Shown here: positions 53,526-64,000 of the stretch, in pieces | How positions within the stretch are numbered: the stretch's first letter is position 1 | How the letters are laid out: every line of letters begins with the position of its first letter | NCBI GenBank assembly: GCA_023920165.1 | Contig: CP089279.1 | Location: 682,001-746,000 of the forward strand | Length of the DNA: 64,000 nucleotides | Direction: 5' to 3' | Source of the DNA: Curvularia clavata | Taxonomy: Eukaryota | Translations under genes and position numbers: made by a program | Notes under the pieces: model-generated | Told to the model about the DNA's origin: nothing | Databases searched by the model: none | The model's input: only the letters and a program-made list of their open reading frames with translations

Positions 53526-53608
53526 ACACCACTGCCGCCCCCGCCGCCCTCGCCACCACCCTCGAGGAGGGTCTGGTCAAGAAGGAGGAGTCTGAAGATG
53601 AGATTTAA
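52810..53608 (+). CDS. Small RGG-repeat + CCHC zinc-knuckle protein (148 aa), copy 2
   Basis: Exons 52810-52819, 52940-52980, 53031-53134, 53317-53608, all with GT..AG ends and CTAAC branch sites, splice in frame to MSTYYNITIGAGFAGGA-(RGG)n-EKKKKKEVRCHRCGGRGHIRRDCPSG..poly(S/N)..KKEESEDEI*. Confidence 0.75.
53161..53250 (+). repeat. Five tandem 18-bp units (TTYCTCTTCCTAACCTTC-like) in intron 3 of copy 2
   Basis: Units start at 53161, 53179, 53197, 53215 and 53233. Confidence 0.85.
53436..53527 (+). repeat. (AGC/AAC)n trinucleotide microsatellite encoding poly-Ser/Asn
   Basis: Directly visible run of cagcag/caacaa. Confidence 0.9.
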
Positions 53609-54844
53609 TTTAAATAATAACAATCAATTAATGAAAGGTTTCGTTATACTTGCTATCCTATAACTAGTGAAAGCTAAAAAATAACAGCATACAAAACCAC
53701 ACTGTAGTATAGGTAAAGCTACCACTATGAAAAGTAGTGGTAGTTGTCATAGTCGATTATCGTAAACTCTGTTCTTAGCACCTACAACTATACTTGGAAA
53801 ATTAGCTGTAGTTGTCACGTTGATATATTACTGTCTTTGCAGCGTATGTGAGCTCATTTTGAATTTTTAGTTTTGCTACTTGGTTGCGGGAGAGTCTCAT
53901 TATGTACTTCACCACTCTTGGTAGTGAAACACCAAAAACGCGTTTTTGGTTTCTCAGATACATGAGACAGATACAAGTATTTTTAAACAGTGTGATACTG
54001 GATTTTAGTAATTGATGAACGGAAATTGCTACCAATTTCCGAAAGAGCAGAAGACTGAAAAAAAGCTTTACAACTGGTGTACAGAAGAACGAGTCGAGTG
54101 TGTGGAAAGGCAATGATGCATACACCAGGAGATACACCTTGGACCTACTTCGAAGAGGAAGACACTATCTCCCTTCCATCCACGTACTCCTCCCACGACA
54201 CAAAACATAATTCCAAGAGAATGGTTCCTGGGGCTTCTAGTATGTACAAATCAATCCAATGCATCTAGGCTTTGTGCAGCACTGAGCGTGAATGGAGTGT
54301 GGTGACAACCTAAATATTGCCCGTGAGGAAACCTCTAAGTGTTTGGGTAGACGACTGATACATTAGCAAGTCTAAGCGTAAGGCATGCAGCTTTTGTTAA
54401 TTTGTTTAAAGTAATATCTCTTTCTCGAGCACTTACCCCCTTCTACGTGCGCGCGCCCTCCCCTTGCGTGTGACTACTTTATGCATGCGCAGTGTAACGG
54501 CCACTTCAACTTCATGTAGTTCTACCATTATGACTGAAATTGAGACTGTACTTATAGCTATCGATGCTGCAGAAGCTTACACTAGCAACGCGCACCTCTT
54601 CCGCCGCGAGGTCAAGATGATGAGTGATGAGGCCGTCATATGTCTCCAAACTCAAATGAAGCACGGACTGTGGTGGTCCTAGAAGGTATGTTAACGTAGG
54701 CCGTTCTTGTCTGCTTGACGGGATCGCGACCAGGAAGCAGGGTGATATCGTGACTAAAGCATCTAGGTCATTACCTGTTCGAATATAGTCGGTTGGTTAC
54801 TAAGCCTACATGTCTCTTTGGTGTTCGGAAAAGAATTGGTAATT

Positions 54845-55686
54845 AGACAGGCAGCACCGCCTTGGCGTCATGGACGGTGGAGCTGGTCCAATTGTTTTGA
54901 AATGGCATCGACATGAGCCTTTGCAGAGTCTGACAAGGTCTCACGAATGAGGTCGAGCAGCCAGTATCTCGAGTGGCGTCTAACTCGCTAGTAAAGCTAC
55001 GTACTGCTGCAGGCGTTCAGGTTTGGCTTGTTCACGCCCCTGTGGAGTCCTGCGAGGCCTAGCCGCCTTCGGCACGAGGCTCAATGTTATTATAATTGTT
55101 GTGACTAAAGTAAATTTAGCACAGGACCTGATTAGGATCGTGCACGTGGAGGTTTAAGGAGAACATACCCAGGCGGCTGGTTGCACAAGCGAACAGTAAC
55201 TAGCTATCCCCACCACAGTCGTTCCTGTCCTAACCAACTAAGTCTTGGCGAAGAGGCCTTGAGTAATAGGGCGTGATCGTGCAGAGGAAGTGGATAAGTA
55301 TATGACGACACCGACGGAGTTGTGTTTTCATAGTCACGCTTGATGTAAGTGTGGTATAGGCTCACGTTTCGCTGCCTTGAAGTTATTGACGATGGTATGG
55401 AGCCGATCCAAACAACATCGAAAAGTGTCTTTGGAGCGGTGGTAAGCTCTGGACCCGAATTTCGCTGGTTTGCCATTCGAGAAGTAGGACCGGAGCGTGG
55501 GGAGGAAGTGGACAAATACGGGGTAAGATTTTCCGTCTTCACTTCAACTACAGTCATTTACGCTCGCAGGCTGCTCGACCTCATTCGTGAGACCTTGTCA
55601 GACTCTGCAAAGGCTCATGTCAATGCCATTTCAAAACAATTGGACCAGCTCCACCGTCCATGACGCCAAGGCGGTGCTGCCTGTCT
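54845..55686. repeat. 118-bp near-perfect inverted repeat (54845-54962 / 55569-55686) around a ~606-bp spacer
   Basis: AGACAGGCAGCACCGCC..GGTCGAGCAGCC is the reverse complement of GGCTGCTCGACC..GGCGGTGCTGCCTGTCT; one mismatch seen. Confidence 0.95.
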
Positions 55687-57143
55687 TTCTCGGCAGCGCA
55701 ACAACCTAATCTTATACCACACTTCCGTTTACCGTGACCGCGAAAGCACAACGCAAATGCACGGCTCGTCATATCCCATTGCAAGGCCCTCAAGTGTCGA
55801 GGTTGTGGTGGCGGATAATTTGCGCGCAGGTCTCGGCCATAGTCAGTTCTTCTTCTGGAGGTCACTCAATCAATTGAACCTATTGTACGTGTTTGGAGCA
55901 AAACACTATAATGTGATAGAGATTTCGTTTCCTGGCATGAAGAGTATCAGTTAAAGTTCGTATGCATTGAGGCTGTCAAGTGTGTCTTCACTCACGTGGT
56001 CAAGCAATTACCAGTTAGCCTGCTTGGAAAGGGGTATTACCACTATCTTGACTTAGCCTGCTCAATCCATGCCGCTCTCTTGAGTGATGAGGACCTGCTG
56101 CTCGCCTGCTCTATCAACACAATAATAGACAACTGTGACAACTACAGCTACTTTAAAAAACGGAGATGTGGGTGCTAAGAACAAAGTGAAGATAATCGAC
56201 TGTGACAATTACCGTTGCTTTTGACAGTGTAGTTTTGCAAGTCACTATCTCCAGCTGCACTATTTGTAGGAGGGCAAGTACGCTAGGAGGGGAATAAAAT
56301 GGTACTAATGATTATTTAGTTGAGCAATCGTACTTTGTCAGGAGATAAGAAAGATGTCTATAAACGTGATTCGTCTATCATGTCTCAGAGTTTTGTATTT
56401 GACACAAAACCAATTATTGTTCATGATGGGAAAGATCTTCATCCGCATGGTGCAAGCATGAATTGAAATTTGAAGTACAACCTAGTCCCTCATCAATTGA
56501 GTTTCGTAAGTCTGCGTGAGGTAAACAAGAAAGTCTAACGATGCCGAGGACTTTTACAAAGCTCCCTCCATTGTAAAGATAACCACCCAAGAAAGGGAGC
56601 TAGGATTAACGAGTGTAACACAAACGTGTAGAATTCTATTCTGAATATTTTGGTACGTACACCCTTCATTCACTCAGTTCTTTGATATTTGCAGATCAGA
56701 GAATCCCATCCACCGGAGCAACTGTGACCTTAGTGTAATATTTTCACCCGCCTTCGACACAGCAAGATACACAAATGTTCCATTCATTTTCACATGTCTT
56801 AGCTAGCAGAATTGGCAAAGTAAAACCGAAATTCAAAACCGACTCACATATATTATTAACACAGTAAGAGGTAGCTATGACAACTACCGCTATTTCAAGA
56901 GTAGAGTCGTGAGTGCTAAAACATAGTAAACAGTAAATGTGGCAACAATGGCTACTTTCAAAAGGGATGGATTTGTAGGCTGCCCTTTTCCGGTTTCACC
57001 AGTCGTGGAAGAGTTAGGTTCACGTCTTACAAAAATACACATGAAACATGTGCAAGTATTTACAAACGTTGAGTACTCATAAACATAGCGGTTCAGTCCT
57101 ACAACGCTACAGGGTATCTATATAAACACAGAATCATAACTCG

Positions 57144-58362
57144 TCAAGCCCTCCATCCACCACCACTTCCTCCACTGCCACTGCCTCCCCTCGCAGCACC
57201 CAGGAAGCGATCTCGCAATGACCCCCGATTAGCTGCAGCATTACCCGCAGGTGAACTCCTCAAAAAGGAACTTTCGTCAAGAAAGGAGCTGCTCCCATCA
57301 ATACCAAAGCTACTCCTGCCATTTCCCAGATCGACACCCAGGCTGACCCTTCCGGCTGTGGGACGAGCACCAAGCATCATACCACTAGGAAGGCCGGAGC
57401 TGCGACGAACCGAACTACGTCTACCACTTGAGCGGCGGCGAGTGGAACGAGTGGAGCGTCTGGAGCGAGCAGAGGCCAGACCAGGCGGGAGCGCGGAATT
57501 GTCTAGGTCACTAGAGTCCTCAAGCTCAGAATCCGTGTGTTCGTAGCTGCCCGCCTCGGGAACGTCGTCGTCGAGGTCACGTTCATCCTGCAGCACACCA
57601 GCCATTTCTGCCTCCTCCATTTCGAGCATATGCGATACTTCGGCCTCCATCATGCTGCCTTCGATGAAACTGTCCTCGTTGAATGGTACCGTGCTCTCTT
57701 CCTGTGCCTCGCCGCTGACTTCGCTTCCTTCTTCCTCCTCGTCTGCACTGCTGCTATCGACTCCGGAGGACGAGTCACTCATGCTTTCTTCTGCTTCTGG
57801 TACTTCATCGTCCAAGTCCCGTTCTTCTTCGCCTAGACCGGCCTCTTCTTCCATTTCGCCCCTCTCACGCTGCTCCTCGTTGGCAGCCTCTTGCTGTGCA
57901 GCGGCTAGGTCCATCATGACTTGCTCTCTGCGTGCCATCATTTCCTGCTCCTCCTTCTCGAGTTCCTCATCTTTGAGCGCTTGCAGCGTTTTTGTCACAC
58001 CAGGAGGACGCAACCATCCAGCCCCAAAACGACGGACATTGAGTTTTCGCTGGGCTATTGTGTTCTCGTCGGCCGTGAGACTGGAGAGTAGCAGATTTTG
58101 GTTGTGGTAAGGAGCCTGATGCGAGCCTGGGCGACGCTGGTTATGTGATGTATTGGGCGGGGACTGCGACTGCGTGTCTTCGAACGCTGTATGTGGGTTA
58201 TGGAGGGAGGGCCATAGACTTGCGTCCTGTTTGTTTCATTAGTTGGCTATTTTCTATATTCGACGTGCTTCTCAGACGTCAACACTCGGCGTTCTGTGCA
58301 AGCATCAGACTTTGAAAGTACAAACTTACCGGACGCGGCGCGATCATAGGCAAGGAAAACAT
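57144..58362 (-). CDS. Apc15/Mnd2-like anaphase-promoting complex subunit
   Basis: MFSLPMIAPRP|DASLWP..LTADENTIAQRKLNVRRFGAGWLRPPGVTKT, then acidic ERDLDDEVPEA repeats. Intron 58329-58227. Confidence 0.8.
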
Positions 58363-59325
58363 GGCGAGGATGGCGCCCAAGCCGGCGGTATGCTATGGTT
58401 GGAGTAGATTGTGAGCTTGAGAAGAACCAATTGCGGTTGTTAGTCGCGTTTGGACGCGTTTGGTGTTTGTGGTGGTCTTCCCCGCAACGTCAGAGGGTGC
58501 GCGCCATCCTGGACAACCACGAAAACCAGAAACCAACCAAAAGGAGCTGACGTACTCTGTACTTTGTGCAAAAACAACCTATTAACACAGATAATATATG
58601 ACTGTGACAAGTATCTTTACTTTCAAAAGTAGATTTATAAGTTCAAATAATAAATGACAGTGACAACTACGGCTACTTTTGGAAGTAGTGGTCATGTTGA
58701 GGTTGTCGAAGAGCAACTCGCAAAACAGAAGAGATAAATTGCGAAAAGATACGACTATATCTAGACAGTAAAGAAGTCGACTTGAACAGGCTATCTGAAA
58801 AGACTTGAACTGCTATCTATGGTGAATTCAATTATAAGGTAATTGCTTTGATGAGTTGCAAATCACCGTCTATTTAGGTTGCCTTGCTGACCTGAAATGT
58901 TAAATTGACGGCCTCATAAATCCAGCCAGACCTAATGAAAGCGACAGATGATCAATCCAAGTATGAAATTCAAGCTAGTAAGAAAAAATCAAAACTGCAT
59001 AGGTTTTAGTCCATGGGATAGTGCAAAGCGATGTGGAGCTTTTAAGTGGTGTAAGAATAGCGAGCAAAGCACATCACTGTGTAAACGGCTTGAATGTCCC
59101 TAACATGATTGAATACCTTGTGGTTAGAAAGAACAGATTGTCAACCATTTTGGCAGACTTGGTAGGAGCATAAATTTAAGACGTGGCAGTTGAACTGCTG
59201 TATATGACATTTAGTAAATTGCGGCTTCATCACAACGCAAACAATCTTCGTGTATATTGTCACAGTCACACGTTTGGAATGATATTTGATTTCCCTTGTA
59301 CTTGCCCCAGCAGTAAATACAGCGG

Positions 59326-59950
59326 TTAGTGAGTCGCAAAAATGTTGCGTGTGCGCAGGTGGACTGGTGTCTCTCCCTTGGGCGCATCTGGTATCGTCTT
59401 CTCTAGTTTCTGCAAAGAATGAGCAACGGAGGTATTGCAAAGGCGGGTTCGGACGTACCAGCTTATCGAATACGCACTTGTTCAGCTTGCGCTCTTCCGA
59501 CCGGCAGTTCCAGAGTTGCTGGTTGTGGTTCTCTAGGCACTGCCAGTGGGTGCGGAACTGAGACAGACAGTTCTCGTTGATGTCCTTGATACTGCCGCAT
59601 ATGTCAGCGACTCAGCTCATGCTCTGTTGCAGCTCCAATTACGCACACGCTCGCAGCACACCTGGTGACCTTGCGGCCCTCCTTCATGCACTCGAATTCA
59701 CCCCGGCCATTGGCCTCGGTCTTGCACATCATGTAGTCATCGTTGTAAGGCTTGCATCGCGCCCCGATAAAGTACGAGGCACTGAGGAGCGGCGCAGAAC
59801 TGGCTCCGAGCTCTTGGACCTTGGGGATGTCGTCAGGTAGAGGGGTGGTGTCGATGAGGGCTTTCTGGTTGAACCTGAGAGGGACTGATTAGGCTACGAA
59901 GCTTGTAGAGGGTTACGGAAATATATTCACCTGGGCTGGCGCGACGACAT
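59326..59950 (-). CDS. NDUFA8: NADH:ubiquinone oxidoreductase 20.8-kDa subunit (NDUFA8 family, twin CX9C)
   Basis: Spliced by eye: MSSRQPR|FNQKALIDTTPLPDDIPKVQELGASSAPLLSASYFIGARCKPYNDDYMMCK..ECMKEGRKVTRCAASV|IKDINENCLSQFRTHWQCLE..WNCRSEERKLNKCVFDKL|..HLRTRNIFATH*. Not in the ORF track. Confidence 0.9.
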
Positions 59951-60401
59951 GGTGAATTTGCGGTGCCAATGGCGGGCTATCGGCTTGTGAATTGAAGACG
60001 ATGCTCGTCAGGTCGTCGCGGTAGGTGGCTTGGCGGTTCACTAAAACTGGCAGGGATGTGTCCGGCCGCCGCCTGTGCCTGAACCTTTGTCGACCAGAGA
60101 GACAAAACAATCTCCTGCACTTTCGCGCCAACATCCCAACTGCAGCTTTGCGCCTGCATCCCAACTGCACTTTTGCGTAGCCGCGTCTGAAGCTCATCAA
60201 CCGGTATGCTTGTACATTGAGTCACACTGTCTTTTTCTCTGGCGTGAGCATCTCTGCAAGCCTCCCATTCGCGTTCCTAGCCGCGACCGAAACTAAACAA
60301 CTGAGCGCCCGACAAGCCGTAGCTTCGAGATATTGTCATTCGTTCGCTGAATCTACACGCAAACTTGAACCGGCACGCGCACATCGCACGTATCCTCCAA
60401 C

Positions 60402-61750
60402 ATGTCTTTTAGCTTTGGAAATCTTGGGGGTGGAGAAAAGAAGACGGGTACTTTGTTTGGAAGCACCACGGCACCATCTGGCGGTCTCTTTGGCCAGTCG
60501 CAACAACAACAACAGCAGCCTCAGCAGTCGAATAACACGGGCTCTGGTCTATTCGGATCCACAGCACCAGCCCAAAACAATACCACGAGCTTGTTCGGTT
60601 CGACACAAGCGCAGCAACAGCAGAACACGAGTCTCTTTGGTCAGCCACAACAGCAGCAGCAACAGAACACTAGTTCCAGCCTGTTCGGACAACCCCAGCA
60701 ACAACAGAATGCTGGCTCGAGCTTGTTCGCCCAGCCACAGCAGCAGCAACAGCAACAGCAACAGCAGCCAAATATGAGCAATAGTCTCTTTGGCGCCTCG
60801 CTCCAGCCTGCCCCCATCCTTAACAGTGTGCAGGCGCAAAGCATCCAACAGCAACGCGAGGGACTCCCACAGCTGCGCCAGTCTTCAGCACAGCCTTTCG
60901 CTGGTTCTACCATGACAGGTCACAGGGAGAAGTCGGTCGTCGAGCAGATACGGATTCTCAATAACAAGTGGGACCCCGAAAACCCCGAATGCGTCTTCCA
61001 GTTCTATTTCTACAACTCGGTCAAGCCAGAGGAAGTGCCATTCTATGGGCCAGCGCCAGGCGAAGACGAGAGAAAATGGGAGGAGGCATTGTCAAAGAAG
61101 CCGAGCCCAGGTGCCATCCCTGTACTGGCACGCGGCTTTGAACAGGTCGGAGAGCGTATACGACAGCAAGCTGCGGCCGTCACTGCGCTGCGGACACGTC
61201 TCCACGAGATCAACAACAGCCTCTCGTTGCTCAAGGACGCACATGAGCTCACGGTAGCGTCACGTATCACTGAAGCCAAGCGGAAGCACATTGTCTTCAC
61301 CCAGCGAACATTGGCCCTCGCAACCAAGGTGCAGATCTTGCGCAACCGAGGATACGTCATGGATCCACAGGAGGAGGACTTGAAGAAGAAGCTCATTGAG
61401 CTGGAGAAGCAGACTTTTGACCCTGTACTCGGAGGGCGGCAAGAGGAAATTTGGGCGCGCATGTCCGGCGTGCGTGAGCGTGCGCGGTTACTGCAAGAGG
61501 AGACGGAGAAGCTGGGCAAGGCCATGGATAAGCAGCAGAATGGCGAGTTGCTTTCAGAGGAAGACCAAAAGGCCCTAGAAAAGGTGAGATACCCACCTTT
61601 AGCAGGCAACGGACTACAAGCTAACAAGGTTCTCAGCTACTCAAAGACTACGACCGTCAACTCGAACACCTCAAGAAATGGGTCGATGACACACGAGAAG
61701 AGTATGACGAGTGGGAGGCATCAAAGCAGGCGAGGCCAGCAAAGCGATAA
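60402..61750 (+). CDS. NUP57: FG-nucleoporin Nup57/Nup54
   Basis: GLFG/SLFG repeats with poly-Q, then KWDP..CVFQFYFYN, W.EAL..PVLARGF and LATKVQILRNRGY. Intron 61584-61636; stop 61748-61750. Confidence 0.9.
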
Positions 61751-62155
61751 TTTCATAATACACTCGGTGCTTTGGGCATATAAGATTGATTGGAGATGTG
61801 AGGGCTATATTGTGACAAGTCGGGCGTTGTGAGATACCAAGCAGCGGATGCTTAGAAACTAATGATGTTCTTCACGTCCTGTGAGCAATGCTGCCATTCT
61901 GCACACTACCTCTTCTGATGCCCGTTTTGGAAAACACTCAAAATAATGGAATCTTTTGCATTTGGGATATCATTACATTCGCTGGCCAGTACGTTCCGCC
62001 GGGCCTCTCGTCTGCCCTGGTATTGTTACAAGCGCATCCTTGGCTGCATGCGCATTTATGATACAGCTGCCGATCGTATTTCAACTCTCTCAGCCTTCAA
62101 CTATATAGATTGGATATGTATACGGTCGTAATATGCGGCATAAGGTTCGTTCTGC

Positions 62156-62439
62156 TTAGAAGAGCTTCGAGACGTACTCGACGAGATGAGGCGCTGCGGT
62201 TGATTAGCTCAAATTGCGCTTGCACAGCTCTCCACGTAATTTCTTACAAAAGTACAGAACAATCGCGCTGGCTGCAGTCCACTTGATATCTGACATGGTC
62301 TGCGCTTCGGCTGCAGCAAGCTCCTGCTTGGAAGGCTGTGGTGGTGCTGCACCGATTGTCAGTGACATTCCGTCCCCGCACCAGCAATCTCGCGTTCTCC
62401 TCTTGCTATTCGACCAGAGCGTGACTAACCTCCGAACAT
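62156..62439 (-). CDS. TOM5: Mitochondrial outer-membrane translocase subunit Tom5 (48 aa)
   Basis: Exons 62439-62430, 62346-62248, 62193-62156 give MFGAPPQPSKQELAAAEAQTMSDIKWTAASAIVLYFSPHLVEYVSKLF*, with canonical splice and branch sites. Not in the ORF track. Confidence 0.88.
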
Positions 62440-63581
62440 TGTGTGATGATGTGGGTTTGATACAAGAGTTTTGCGAGTTTTGAAGTTTACTTGATCAGAT
62501 CGTGTCGCAGATGACGTTCTCAAAGTACGTGAGTATGCAAAAGTTTAGGACCGTCGGAGTTTGGGCGCCGGATGCTGCCGACAAGGTAAAGGTCACGTGA
62601 AGATATGCACGATGCATTTGCATTGACAGACTTGCTTTGCTTCTACCAAGCTCCTTTCCTCCTCGCCTGAATGATCGACAGGAACCAAACTTTACAGCCA
62701 GGCCCCTCGAAATCACGCCTATACGTTGTGTTTAGCTCCGATGGTGTCCTCGGGACTGAGGACGAGCGGCCTAAATCTCACAACATCAACCAAAGAAACC
62801 AGCTAGATGCCTCTTCTCGTAACCGCATGTACTTATCTCCTGTTCTTGTATTCATAATTCGTCTCAAAGCACCAAATATTTCCTGGACCGTCTTGACCAA
62901 CTTTGAAAAGAAACATCATCTCCGTTTGTTTGGTGCTTTCTTGGCTACCCCTGTCTGTTAAATCTCTCGCCCTGTCTCCTGTCAGCAAGCTCCCTGTCTA
63001 ATGTACATATACGGAATGGGCCAAACGATCGACCTGCCCGGTAAACAAAGCAAGTTCTTACCGATTGTTTGCAATTTATTGAGTGTCCGCCTGTGATGGA
63101 GGTACTTGTATTTGCCACGCGTATCGCATCATAAAGACTCTACTGACAGCGACCAACTGTTCTACTCTTCCAACAGCACAAGCCGACATTCTCTGAACTT
63201 TAAACAAACCTTGCATAACTTGGAGCGCCGACCTAATATCCAGGGTTAGTTAGCATTGATCGCCATCCCGCCCTCAACAGTAAACGATTGTTTCGTCGCT
63301 GACATGACGCCACTATGCTGCGCGGCTCCAACCCGAACTGATCATATTGCGCACATAAGCCTCTCTAGACTATTGGTCCATTCCACACATGGGGGGATGA
63401 TCTTCATGCCCCGGCTTGCTCACTAGACCCTATGACGCTAATGGGTATGCCGGGGGTATCTTTTAGCTTGGAGTCGCCGTCCGCCTGGAGGTATATTGTA
63501 TTAATATACCGTAGTCGGTCTTACACGTTCCGTAGGACCCTCCTTATTGCCACTCGGTGCTTGTTGTTGCAGTGGTCGGAG

Positions 63582-64000
63582 ATGCTCTATCTTACAACTG
63601 CCCTGCTGAGCGTCTACTCGACGTGCGCGTTCGCACTGCATGCTCCATATGCTCACGAACCTGTGCACATTGCCGCTCGTACAGAGCCCCATGCTCATGC
63701 ACATGTGAAGCCCAGGCAACAGGATACTTCCAAGACGACATGTGCCCCTTATTGGATGGAAGACATCAAACATCAGGGCATTGCCAGTTTCAATCCTAAC
63801 CCGAATAACTACACCGTCTTTCGAAATGTCAAGTCGTTCGGCGCAAAAGGAGATGGAGTAACGGACGACACTGCGGCTATTCAGCGCGCCATATCCGAGG
63901 GCAACCGATGTGCGCCTAACTCTTGCTCAAGCTCTACTACGACCCCAGCTGTTGTGTACTTTCCAGGCGGAACATACTTGATATCTAATACCATTTACGA
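63582..64000 (+). CDS. Secreted GH55 exo-beta-1,3-glucanase, 5' part only (runs off the window)
   Basis: Signal peptide MLYLTTALLSVYSTCAFA, then YWMEDIKHQG..YTVFRNVKSFGAKGDGVTDDTAAIQRAI..STTTPAVVYFPGGTYLIS. Confidence 0.9.
   Translation, partial: MLYLTTALLSVYSTCAFALHAPYAHEPVHIAARTEPHAHAHVKPRQQDTSKTTCAPYWMEDIKHQGIASFNPNPNNYTVFRNVKSFGAKGDGVTDDTAAIQRAISEGNRCAPNSCSSSTTTPAVVYFPGGTYLISNTIY

Larger units (their letters stand above)
53730..58688. repeat. Dispersed ~90-bp repeat, 4 copies: 53730-53818(-), 56135-56222(+), 56877-56964(+), 58604-58688(+)
   Basis: Each copy has two GTGACAACTACNGCTACTTT-like half-sites; three share a GTGCTAA(G)AACA spacer word. Confidence 0.75.

Noticed and set aside
53027..53663. 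Poly-Leu, poly-Ala and poly-Arg ORFs in the track
   Set aside because: Alternative-frame readings of microsatellites and introns of the zinc-knuckle gene.

Overview
Eukaryotic, intron-containing DNA (GT-AG introns, CTAAC/CTGAC branch sites) from a filamentous ascomycete; probably Dothideomycete-like, which is an inference from protein style only. About 21 protein-coding genes. Most are housekeeping: HDA1-type deacetylase, PHO80/PREG-type cyclin, ARMC8/Vid28-like protein, HEM13, ATG8, mitochondrial ClpX, glycogen branching enzyme, ATP2, Apc15-like protein, complex I NDUFA8-type subunit, Nup57/54, TOM5 and a partial GH55 glucanase. The main candidate system is at 25.1-28.8 kb: a HET (TIR-like) effector gene sits head-to-head with an effector-less NB-ARC/TPR NLR. 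The HET C-terminus and the NLR N-terminus share a ~29-aa G/N-rich motif (F-x-G-x5-N-x-I-P-x4/5-G-G-x2-N-x-N-F), the layout of a two-component amyloid-signalling immune module. Other oddities: a highly self-complementary ~835-nt ATP2 intron followed by an unusually divergent ATP2 exon, a tandem pair of micro-exon RGG/zinc-knuckle genes missed by the ORF track, a near-perfect 118-bp inverted repeat, and a dispersed ~90-bp repeat. All exon boundaries were read by eye and no database searches were run.
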